A stretch of 64,000 bases of DNA from Rozella allomycis CSF55 (Eukaryota). The stretch covers positions 1 through 64,000 of the forward strand of contig KE560959.1 of the NCBI GenBank assembly GCA_000442015.1. The letters run 5' to 3'. How positions within the stretch are numbered: the stretch's first letter is position 1; each line of letters starts with the position of its first letter. The notes beneath the pieces were generated by a model. The model had not been told where the DNA came from, made no database searches, and was given only the letters and a program-made list of their open reading frames with translations. Positions 11,896 through 23,800 of the stretch are shown here, in pieces. A program made the position numbers and the translations under genes.

Positions 11896-14800
11896 ATGGA
11901 GGACATTGGCAATAAGCTCACAGGAGCCCTAGCGAGTAATGAAGTTAAACTAAAAACCATAAAAAATGATAAAATAAATAGAAAAAACAAAAAAATAACT
12001 GAAGCTGTCGACAGCATTGACAAATCGCTTAGAGACATCAAGGCGAGCAAAAAGCCGACCAAGGCATCCAATTTGATAAAATTTAATACGGAAAAACAGC
12101 CAGCTCAATTGTCATCGGTGTATTTGAAAGAAATAACAATGTCATTGGAGGACAGGTTAGCCTTATGCGGCAAACAATCGTCTATCCCTGAGATTGTTGA
12201 ATTTGTTGATATTGGAGAAAATTCTTGCCACAAGGAAACACAAGTGCCTGTTGATCAGCCTTTATTTCATGCCACACCATCAAAAGTCGTCTTTCAAAAT
12301 TTTGACCCGTTCAAAAAATATGAAGCCATGTTAAGTTTTAGGAATAGAGATAAGGTTGCCAGAAGATTAAAGGTAGAGTCTTTGGAAAGCCCATATTTTT
12401 CTGTTGTTCCACTAAAGTCTGGACCACCAAACGGAAGTAGAGTCGCCCCAGGGATGGAAATATGTTACATTCTTCAATTTAAACCTGAAGTGAAAAGAGA
12501 TTACTTTTGTCAAGTTGTATGTGTTACTGATCGTGAAAAGTTTGTTATACCTGTTGAAGCCAAAGGAAGTCGTGGGATATTGGACTTTCAAAATGAAATT
12601 AACTTTAGTGAATGTCCAGTTAAGTTTGTTAGCAATCATACATTGTATGTTAGAAACATTGGAAATGCACCTGCAAGAGTTATTATTGAAGCCGAAGAAC
12701 CTTTTTCAATCAGTCCATATCAAACAACGGTGATGCCTCAGCAAGCCGTTCAGTTTGAAGTTTCATTCTATCCCCAAGTATATAAGCTTCAAATTTAAAA
12801 CATAGTCTATTGGAAAATATGAAAAGTATATTTCCATTCTTTATGACACTGGTGAAAGTGTTATTGTCAAAGCTGTTGGTTCTGCTGAAGATGTAGCCGT
12901 CGGAAGTGAATCTGATATGTTAGTCATGAACAATACCTACATAGGTCTTGCTTCATCTCAAAATGTTCGCCTTTATAACAGGTCAAGAATTGTGGTAAAA
13001 ACTATTGCATGATTTTATAGTCTCGTTATCAATGGAAGCAGTTTCAAGATATGCAATCTGAATTGGAATACAAAAGACGGCAAATTGCAGAATTGAAGAG
13101 TGATGAAAAAGAAGGTCTTGTAAGAATGAGTGCGACAGAAAACTCTGGAGAACACTCACTTTTGGCGAAAGTTTATGAAAACAAGAAGCGTGAAATTGAG
13201 GAAGATTCATTACTTTATAAGGATCCTATTGTACAAATAGAACCAGTCCAAGGTGAAATATGGCCTAATTCATTTATTGATCTAACCGTTGTGTTCCAGC
13301 CTTCCAAGGCTTCAAAATATGTGAAGAATTTGTATCTGGATATGTCGGGTCGTCAAGATAGAATACCACTTATTGTTAAGGGAGTGGGAATAGGACCTAA
13401 AGCCAAGTTTGATTTCGATGTTCTTGACATTGAAGTTGTCTTCATTAACTCATCTCACATATATGAGCTATTACTTCAAAACAAAGGTGGAATTGACGTT
13501 CATTATTCGTTTGTAAAGTCTAATACGGCTTTTGGATCTTGTTTCCGTTTTGAACCAGTAGAAGGTGTTGTTGATTTTGCAAAATCTCTGCCTATCAAGG
13601 TATATTTTGAGCCTGACAAACTTGGTCAATTTCTTGAAGACTTTTATTTGCAAATGAGAGTAAATATTATGGATGTAGCTTATTGTAGGGATCTGATGAA
13701 ACGGTTAAACTAACGATCAGAGGTAATGTCGTTGGACCCACGTTTGAGTTTAATCACAATATCATTAATTTTGGAGTTGTATCTTTTGGATTCCCGTATG
13801 AGAAGAAGTGTCTTTTGAAGAATACGTCTGAGATCTACATGGATTATTGGTTAAGTATAAGTCCCAATTTGGACGAGGAAATTTCCTTTCATCCTGCCAA
13901 AAGCAGTTCAATACCACCAGGAGGAACACAAGAGATAACTGTGAAAATTCTTTCAAAACAACAGATAAAATATAATGCAGATTTGATCGTAAATGTTGAA
14001 GGAGTTGGTGAAGACATCTACAGAGTTCCTATTACAGCGGAGTCAATTATTCCAAATGTAAAGAATGTATTAATTGTTTAATAGGTTATTTTGAAAGATG
14101 AGTCCATTGAGCTTGGTGATTGTTATTTAGATTTCCCATATGAAAGTGAAATCATTCTTGTTAATCAGACGAATCTTCCTGCACGTTACAATTTAGTTTC
14201 AGAGGCAGAGATTGAAGATAATATGTATCATTTCAAAGCTAAATCCACTTCCGGGATTATTCAACCTGATTCTTCTATAGCACTGGGTTTCGAAGTAGTG
14301 TACAAGCAACTTGGATCTATTCAATTTTCACTGTTCATAGCAACTATGGGCCAGGAGAGCCATCCATTAGAGCTTTTAATTTCTGCGTTTGCATGTGGTC
14401 CCAAAGTGTCAGTCCCGATAACCAAAGTTGATTTTGGAAAGGTCAATGTACTTTCTCCTGTGCATTCTACTATCCAATTGATAAATGAGTCATTAATTCC
14501 AGCCAATTTTATTTGTGATTTGGGAAATCCATATTCAGTTTTTCAAGTTGAACCATCACGTGGATGTTTGTTGCCCAATGAGAAGCTAGATGTTGCAATA
14601 ACAGCCTTTTTAGATGATAATCTCAAATTCCAGGATACTCTTAAAGTTGGTATTCAGAATGGTAGTGTGACAAATGTTGTTTTGACAGCCAAAGGAAATG
14701 GTTCAACTATTGTGTTTGATGAAGATATAAAGAGAATCAGTTTTAATGACATTTTTACAAACAAAGTTGCTAGACGCGAGTTTTCTTTGGTGAATCAAGG

Positions 14801-17800
14801 AAGAAGAGCGCAGATTCTTACATGGACAATGGAGGAAGTGAGAGGGGCTATGAAGGATGTGGTTTCAAAGGGATCTAGTTTGTTCTCTGTTATTCCAAAT
14901 AGATTTCAAGTTAATCCCGGGGAGCATAAAGATGTTGTTATTGAAGCGTTTTCAACTGTTGCTATTGATAATTGTAAGCAAATGATATTGTGCAGTTCAT
15001 CCATTGACAAAGATCCATCAAAGCATTTGATTCTTGCTACAGAAGTGAGTGCCACATTTGTAAGACCTCTAGTTCATTTATCTACCGAGAGAATATACTT
15101 TTATTCAGAGCAGGGTGTCAATTCCAAACCAGGTGTATTGTCTGAGCCACTTGTATTGAAGAATGTTTCATCGCTTCCATTAGTAGTGAGTATGACAACT
15201 GCATCGCCGTTTTCTATTCTCCCGTATAAATCTGAATATATTTTACTTCCGAAAGAAGAAGAGAAGCTAAAGGTGTGTTTTGATCCTAATTTTATTGATA
15301 CCAAAGAGTCTTATGAGCAGTCTGGCAAGATTTTTGTAGCTTACAAGGATCATCCACAGAAAGACACGATTGAATTGATGGGCAAAGTGTGCTATCCGAA
15401 TATCTCCGTTTCTGTGAGTTCTTTGGATCTTGGGTGTGTTGAGCCAGCTATTGAAGCTAGGAAAAAGTTTACAATAACTAATACTGGAGTATTGCCTGTT
15501 GAATATGACTGGTCGTTTGAAATTGAAGAGGATTATGAAATCAATCCATTTGACGTGTTGCCTTTGCGAGGTAGTTTACCGCCTGATGAGTCTATTGATA
15601 TTGAGATTAGTTTTAGTACATTGAAAGTTGGAGAGTTTAAGTCTGTTGCGGTTTGCACAATCAAGGGAGGACCTGTTTATAATATACCGATTTCTGTTGA
15701 GACTTCGAATGCTAGTTATGAATTTGATACAAAGATTGTAGATTTTGGAAAAGTGTTGTATCTTGATGTAGCCGAGAGAGTCCTTTGTTTGATTAACAAT
15801 GGAAGACTGCCACTTCCATATAAATGTTATTTTCCGAGGAACAGTACACTTCCATATAGGACATTGATTAACCCAGAGAGTGGCGTGTTGATGCCATTTA
15901 AAGTTCAGAAATTCTCTGTAAGATTTTGTCCATGTTTGCCTGATGTGATTAATGGTTATTTTCTTGTGCAAATAGCGAATGATGAGCCTGTGAAAATAGG
16001 AATACAGGGGCAAGGGATGTTTTCGTTTATGAGATTTAATTTGCCCGCGAGCAATTCTAATGAGTATAGTGGGTTTATGGATGAAGCCAAGGAGATATTG
16101 AAACGGGAGGGATTGGATGAGCCAGAGGAGCAGGAGATTGAGACTGAGGCGATCCGACTGATGGCCAAGATGAAGGTTCTGGAGGTTACTAAAAACCCTG
16201 ATTTTCAAAAGAGTGTGAATATGCATTTGACTAGTTTTGGCAAATCATTGAGAAAGAAGAATATGACAGAGACGTCTATGGAGGGGCTAGGATTGAGTAA
16301 TTTGAATTTTATTGATTATGTGTGTGATTTTGGGAATGTGATAAAGGGCACTAGCAGGAAGAGGGTGTTCAAGGTGACGAATCATGGACCGTTGCCAATG
16401 TCTTTTTCTATGGACAAGAGTGTGTTGAATGGAACTAATTTTGTAGTTGAGCCTGACAAGGTGCGAGCGTTGGGGTCTATGGAGTCTACAGAGATTACGA
16501 TATCGTTTGTATCAAAGTCTACTGTTGAGGGCAAGTCTGAGGTGAAGATACCGATATCTATTGGCAATGGAACGGGTGTTAATTTGATTATAAAGGCGAA
16601 TGTAGCTGTGCCTAGTATTGAAGTTGGCACGACTGAACTGAATTTTGGGGATATAATGTATGGCCAGAGAAGAAGGAAGAGTTTTGAGTTGAGTAATAAG
16701 CATCTGGTGCCTTGTGAGTGGAGTTGTAGTTTGGTGTATTATGAGGGATCAGCCAAACAAAGGAAGAGAAAGAATGATGCTAGTTTGAGTGATTTTGAGA
16801 TATTTCCAGAATCGGGGGTGCTGCAGCCGAATGAGAATTGCGAGGTTAGTGTTCAGTTGACGCCATCGAAGCCCAAGCGATACGAGTATGAGTTGCAGTT
16901 GAAGATTGGCAATAATCCAAAGCCATTTGTTATTCCGGTTACTGGACTGGCGTACAAATCCATGATAAAGATTGAGCCGAACAATTTAAAGTTGCCGCCA
17001 GTGTTGCCGTATTCAGAGGGTGTGAGTGCAATGTTTTCTATAGAGAATGTGACTAACCATGCGTGTGAGGTTGTGTTGTTGGAGTTTGATAAGCAGTATA
17101 GAGAGGAGGATGAGATTATGAAAAAGACTGGAATGTTTAAAGAGGGTCCGTTGTATTTTCCGCCAAGAAGGCTGGGTGAGGGACTACCGCAGGAGATTAT
17201 AGATTTGCTGCCTGTTGAAAAGTCGATGGAGAATGTTAGTTGTGGGCAGAATGATGGGGTGTTGTTGGAGGAGGAGATTGGGAGAGTGCGAACCATGTCG
17301 TTTAGTGTGTCTAGACAGAATTCAGTGAGCAAGGGGCCGTCGCCAGTGAATGTGATTATCCATGGGCCGCCGTTGTCTGGAAAGACGTTGCAAGCGAAGA
17401 AGATTGCGGAAGAGTATGGGTTGAAGCATATTCATTTTGATGATATTGTTGATGAGTTATTAGATCGAGACAAGGAGAACAGGGAGAAGGAGAACAGGGA
17501 GAGGGAGAAAGAGAAGGAGAGGGATAGAGAAAAGGAGAAGGAGAAAGACTTTAACAAAGACAAAGACTCCAATAAAGACTTTAATAAAGAATCCATTAAA
17601 GATGTTAATAAAGATTCCAATGTAAAATTTGAGGTTGATAAGTTGCATACGTCATCTTCTAATGTGATTGGAGGGAATGTAGAGTTGGGAGAAAAGATAT
17701 ATCAAGTGTTGAGAGGCATAAAGAGTGAGAATGTAGTTGAAGAGACGAGTGTAGAGTTGAATGAGGGATTCCAAGTGTGTGAGTATCCATTACCGTTTGA

Positions 17801-20800
17801 TTTGATTGTTGAGATTTTGAATTTCTATTTGCAAAAGAATGATTTGAGTTGCAGTGGATTTGTGTTTGATGGGTTTGATAGCAAGTATATTCAAAGGCCG
17901 ATTCAGTTGTTTAAGGAGATAATGAAGTTGATACCTGATAAGAAGAATACGCATTTGATTGTGTTGAATGTTAACAAGGAGACGATTATAGAGAGAAGAG
18001 AGTTGAGAAAGCAGATGATTATTAAGAATGAGAAGATGTTGTTGAAGGAGTTGGAGGTGTTGAGTGAAGAAGAGTATGAGAGGATGAGTGAGAGTGAGAA
18101 GAAGGAATTTGATAGTAAAATGAAGGGGATTAAGAAGAGAATTCAAGAAGCGATGAGCAACAAGCGAGAAGAGAAGAGAGACAGAGAAAGAGAAGATAAA
18201 AGAGATAAAGAGGAAAAGAGGGATGATAAACTTGATAAAGATAAAGAAAAGTTGCTGATAAAGAAGGATAAAGAAAAGAATAAAATAAAGAATAATAAAA
18301 ACTTGAATAAATCAAAGATTGAATTGGATCAAATTGAAAATTCACAATCTATAATATTTGAAGACAAGGTTGGCATTTCATATGAATTATTCTTAAAAGT
18401 GAAGCAAGAAATATTAGAATTTATTAAAGAAGTAGAAAAGAATAAACAACAAAACCAAATTAATGTAAATGAAAACAAAAAGAAAAAGGCAAATCATCAT
18501 GAAGCAGTTTCACCCTTTGAAGAAACGTTGAAGGAAGAATTAATGATAAATATTCATGAGATTGAAGGAAATAAAAATGAGAAATTGATTTATGAAGAAA
18601 TTAAAAGTTTTCTGCCGCAAATTCATTTGAAGGTTGTTGAAAGTGAAGAGATTGTGTTGCCAGGGTTTCAGCCTGTTGATTTATTGGAGCAATCTTATGG
18701 GTTTGTTTCTAGTGGTGATGAATATAAGATTGATAAATCATTTCAAGTTCAAATTGAAGAATTACAAGAAGAGGGAGATAAGGGTGATAAAGGAGTTGAG
18801 AGGGTTGAGAAGGGAGATAAAACACTAGATAAGACACTAGATAAAACAATAGAGAAAGCAGTAGACAAGACACTAGATAAATCACAAACACAAACACTGG
18901 AAAAGACTACGTTGAATACTATTGCTAATAATTCATTTCAGAATACAAAGATAATAGTTGAAGAATCCACAAGTGAAAAGTTTAGATGGATTTTCAAACC
19001 AAAAGAGAAAAAGAATTTCACGTTAAAGTTGTTTGCTAGTAACATTGGAAGTTTTGAACAAATATTCCATTTCAAAGTGAATGCCAACAAGGAAACATTT
19101 GATTTAAAAGTTGTTGGTGTTTGTGAATATTCCTTTATAAGTTTTGACTACAAGAAGCTATTCACTAAATGGAGAAAGAATAGAGAAGATTCATCAATCA
19201 TTCAAAAAGAATACATTCTGCAATCTAATACATTTGAATTTGGTCCATTATCTATTAATAAACCACGAGAGAAATCAATTGAAAGAAATCTGGATAACAG
19301 AGCGACTATAAAGATTTATAATCCATCAAATTCTATTGTTAAAATATTGTTTTGTTTTAGATATGATTTGAAGCAGGAATTATTTCAGTTGGAGCCAAAT
19401 CAAATGGAGTTGAAGCCGAAAGAAGAATTGGATTTGAATATTTGGGCGTTTCCTAAATCACCGGGAAAGTTTGATGATTCTTTGTTGTTTCTTATTAAAG
19501 ATAATCCTGAAGTGTTTTTTATTAAATTGACATGTTTTGGTGTCAAACCTGAACTAGAAGTTGACAAAAAGGTAAGAGTTTTAGAGGGAGGTTACAAATA
19601 GGTAATCAAAGTGTTTAAAGGTTACAAATAGGTAATCATAGTGTTTGAAGGTTAACAAAGGTAATTAATTCTCTTTAAGTCTCAACTAGGTAATTAATTC
19701 ATTTCACCTCTCAAATAGGTGGTTCAGTTTGATAGGTTATTGCTGCAAAAGGTTGATGTGAGAGAATTAAAGATTAGANCCACTATAATGTCTGCTGGAT
19801 GGAAACTAGTGGGACATGAATTGCTTGGTGAAGAATTTGAAGTGTTTCCTGTTGAAGGGGCAATTGAATATGGAAAAGAAGCGACTGTGCAAATTAAATT
19901 TAAAGCAATGAAACCAATTGTTATTAAAAGAGCATTAAGATTAGAAGTTTATGACTTGGAGAGAATAGGTAAATTAAGAGTTGTAAGGTTATATAGGTAA
20001 TTAACGAGTTGTAAGATTATACTAGGTGATGCTTACACTTCTTATTCAATGTAGGGAATCCGTTGCAGTCAGATAATATTATTGTTACTGCTGAAGCTTA
20101 TGACATTTCAGTTGACATTCACTTTCCTAAAGGATGTGAAGGTGGATTAGATTTTGGTGTATTAAAAGTATTTGAAGAAATGAAACAAACAATCACACTC
20201 AAAAATAAAGGTAACAAAGAGTATTTAGTTCTTTCTAGGTAAACTTAATTCTCTTTAATTCTTTCTAGGTAAAATTAAATCTTAAACTCTATGAAAGGGA
20301 AATATGAAACAGGGTTTAGATTTGTGTTTGATAAGGATCAAAGTGAATTCATAACAATTAATCCAACATCTGGACTATTAATTCCATCAGAGAAAACATA
20401 TCCAATCCAAGTCTTGTTTAAAGGAAACAGAGAAATCTATTTAAAAGATTGTTTGAATCTAAAGTGTTTAATAACAGAGCCATCAACCAATGAAACAATC
20501 GTCACAATTCCAATCAAAATAAACGCAAAATCTGTTTTCAGCAAATACTCTATAATCCCAACAAGAGATTTAAACTTTGGATCTCTAGTGTATGGCTCCA
20601 AGGGAAACAGACAAATAATCATTGAAAATTTGGGTGAATACGATTTCAAGTTTAGTTTGATTAGAGGTGAAATAGATTCCCTAGCTGCATTCCCCTTTCC
20701 ACGAACTGGCAGCAAAACTAGAATGAATGCGGGTGGATCGTTTATGAAGAAATCGCACAGACAGTCTTCAAATTCACCGCCGCCACTAAGATCTAATTAT

Positions 20801-23800
20801 CGCAAGGAAGGAATAAAGAATGAGTCGCAAGTTGTGTCGAGTCCTTTTTCATTTTCAGTGTCTAGTGGGTCTATATCGCCTGGCAGTCGACAAATTGTAA
20901 ATATTGAGTTTCATCCAGAGAATCCGGGGAATTTTGAAGAAATTATTAATATTGACATTTCTGACAAGGGTTCCAACAGCGAAGGTAACATATGAGATTT
21001 AGAAGTGAACATAGGTAATATATGAGATTAGTATTTAAAATAGGTAATAAAGAAGCTTTAAATGTGAACACAGGTAATTTTAATTGTTCCAACTAACTGC
21101 AAGGAAGCGAGTATAAATTGATGGGAGAGTGCTGCATGCCAGGTATTAATAATACAGACTATTCATCCATCTTTGAAGAAAATTCCGTTAGAAAGAGAAT
21201 AGATTCACTATTTAACCAATCGTTTGTTTACATTGAAGATGAAAAGGTGTTTCATTTTGGATCTTTTCTTGTTGGTCAAATTGTTCAGTCTAGAATAAAG
21301 ATTAGCAATCCATTCAAAGTTTCTTGTGAAGTTTTGATTAATGTTAAACCGAGAAGTAAATCTAAAAATGATAGCAATGATTTTGCATTTGATGTTGAGC
21401 CAAAGAAGATTTTATTGCCCAGTCATGAGCACAGGTAATCAATTGGTTATAAGGTATAATATAGGTAATCAAATGGTTTAAATGTAATTAAGGTAACTGT
21501 TTAATTCTCTTCATTATCATTAGGTAACTGTTTAATTCTTTCATTATCATTAGGTAACTGTTTAACCTTCTTTAATAATAGGTTTGTTACGTTGTCTTTT
21601 CATCCATTGGCTATTCAAACTTATCAAGGAATCTTTGAAGCATTGGTAGAGAATATTCCAGAATCAAAATCAAAATCATTATTGTTTGAATTGAGAGGAG
21701 AAGGTACTCTACCAAGAATAACAATAGAAAAACCAACTTTAAAATCCAAGAATGGAAATCNCAACGTTAAAATCCAAGAATGGAAATCCATTACTAAAAT
21801 TTAAGAAAACATTAATTGGAAATTTACAGCAAATGTCAATAATAATTAAAAATGATGGAATAATCCCATGCAAAATAAAATTTGAATTTATTTCTTCTGA
21901 ATTCACAGACTTTGAAATGGATCAACTAGTTCCACTGATCCAACTATCTCCAATGGAAATAAAAACATTCAATATCAAATTTAAACCAACAATTGTTAGA
22001 AAATATGAAAGTGAAATTAAACTAAAAGTTTATGATAATCATTTTGAAGATTCATACATCCAAATCCAAGCAGAAGGATACATGGATGACATTTCAGTTG
22101 AAGATTCATCCGATGACACTTGCAATGAAAATGAAATTGTGTTGAGAGATTGTTTGGTTGATAAGAAACGCATAGAGTCGTTTGTTCTTCGTAACAATAC
22201 TTCAAATTATATTAAATGCACGCTTGGTCAGTGTAATGAATTTGTTTTGAGTCCATCTGTTTTTCATATTAGGCCGAGAGATATTAAAAAGGTTTTTGTG
22301 CAATTTCATCCAAAGCAGCCTTGTAGAGTTTCTGCTGTTGTTAATTGTAGTTCTAGTAGGATAAAGTATAATGTTAATTTGCCTCCTGATTTTGAATGGG
22401 ACAACAGCAGAGATAGAGATAGAGATTTTACAAGAGAGATTAAAGACGTAAAAGAAGTGAGGTCTAAACAAGGCTTGAGTGAACCTTCTTATAGTGTTAT
22501 TGAAAATTCAAATTTTACTCTTCCACTTTCTATTCAAGCTATTTCTGATTATGGTGATTTTGAACTTGAAACAAATTCAATTCAATTTAAAACTACTTTA
22601 ATGTTTCAATCTAGAGTATTTTCATTTCCTATAAGAAATACTGGCAAAATTTCTATTCCATTTGAATTCTATTTCACTCTTGATGATTCCACAATGACTA
22701 ATTCTTCTACAATTAATTCAGCTGTGAATCCATTTACTGTTAATCCATCAAATGGAACTATTTTAGCTGGTGAATCTTTATTAATTACAATCAAATTCCA
22801 ACCAATAGAAGTTGATGATTATTCTCTCTTTCTTCATTTAAAATTATTAAATCTTTTACCTGGCAAATCTTATCCAATAATTCCAATAAGAGGAAAAAGT
22901 TTGAGACCACTTTGCCACTTTGAATTGGAAACTAAAGATTATTTATTCGACAGCATTCAAAATTTAAGTAATTCTTTGGATCCAAATACCCGGGTTATTG
23001 AAATTGAAACTATAGGAATTAAAAAAGTAAATTTACAGATTAGATCTATAATTTAGATTATTAAAAATTTTTATATTTTGAATCCAACTAGCATCACTTA
23101 TGACTTTGAATGGGTTAAAGAAGGAAACGAACAAGGCAAATTGAAATGTTTAACAAGGCAGGGAACAATTGTTGGTGGCAAAAAGAGTGAAATAATATTT
23201 GAATATTCACCCGACAATATCGATGTATTAGAAACATTTTGGAAATTTAAAATTCCATCTCAAAATATTCAAATTCCATTCATGATTTTATGTAGATCTT
23301 TGGAACCTTCAATCTACTTTGATAAAACAAGTGTTAATTTCAAATCTATTCTAGTTGATTGTCCAGTTAAGGAATCATTGAATCTTGTCAACCAAGAAAA
23401 CATTCCATTTTATTTTTCATTCAATGATATTCTAAATGAAAATTCATCTGTTATTCAAATCAATCCGAATTCTGGGTTCATTGCACCTAAATCTGAACAA
23501 ATTATCACTGTTATGTTTCAACCGAGATCTGAAAAGATTTATAATTACAATTTAATCTGTAACGTTAGAAAGAAACCAAATCCACTCGTTATCAATATTA
23601 AAGGGGAGGGGTACTTGATCCATGAAAAAGTTTACTGTCAGAATGTTGATAATTCGCTTTATTTACTTTCAAACTCTGATTTTAATTTAATTGATTTTGG
23701 TAGAGTGTTTTTAAATGCTAAAAGTTCTAAAAGAATCACAATCAAAAATGATGGCAGATTTCCTTTTGATTTCTCTTGGAAAATTAAAGGAAACAAATCT

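Noticed and set aside
19572-21581. ~30-nt periodic repeats as a CRISPR array or plain minisatellite
   Set aside because: No repeat-spacer alternation or cas genes. Only the splice termini and length are conserved, and the arrays coincide exactly with HYDIN intron boundaries.
21740-21790. Direct repeat aaaatccaagaatggaaatc and frameshift in HYDIN
   Set aside because: Flanks a single N (21761), so it is an unmerged contig overlap.
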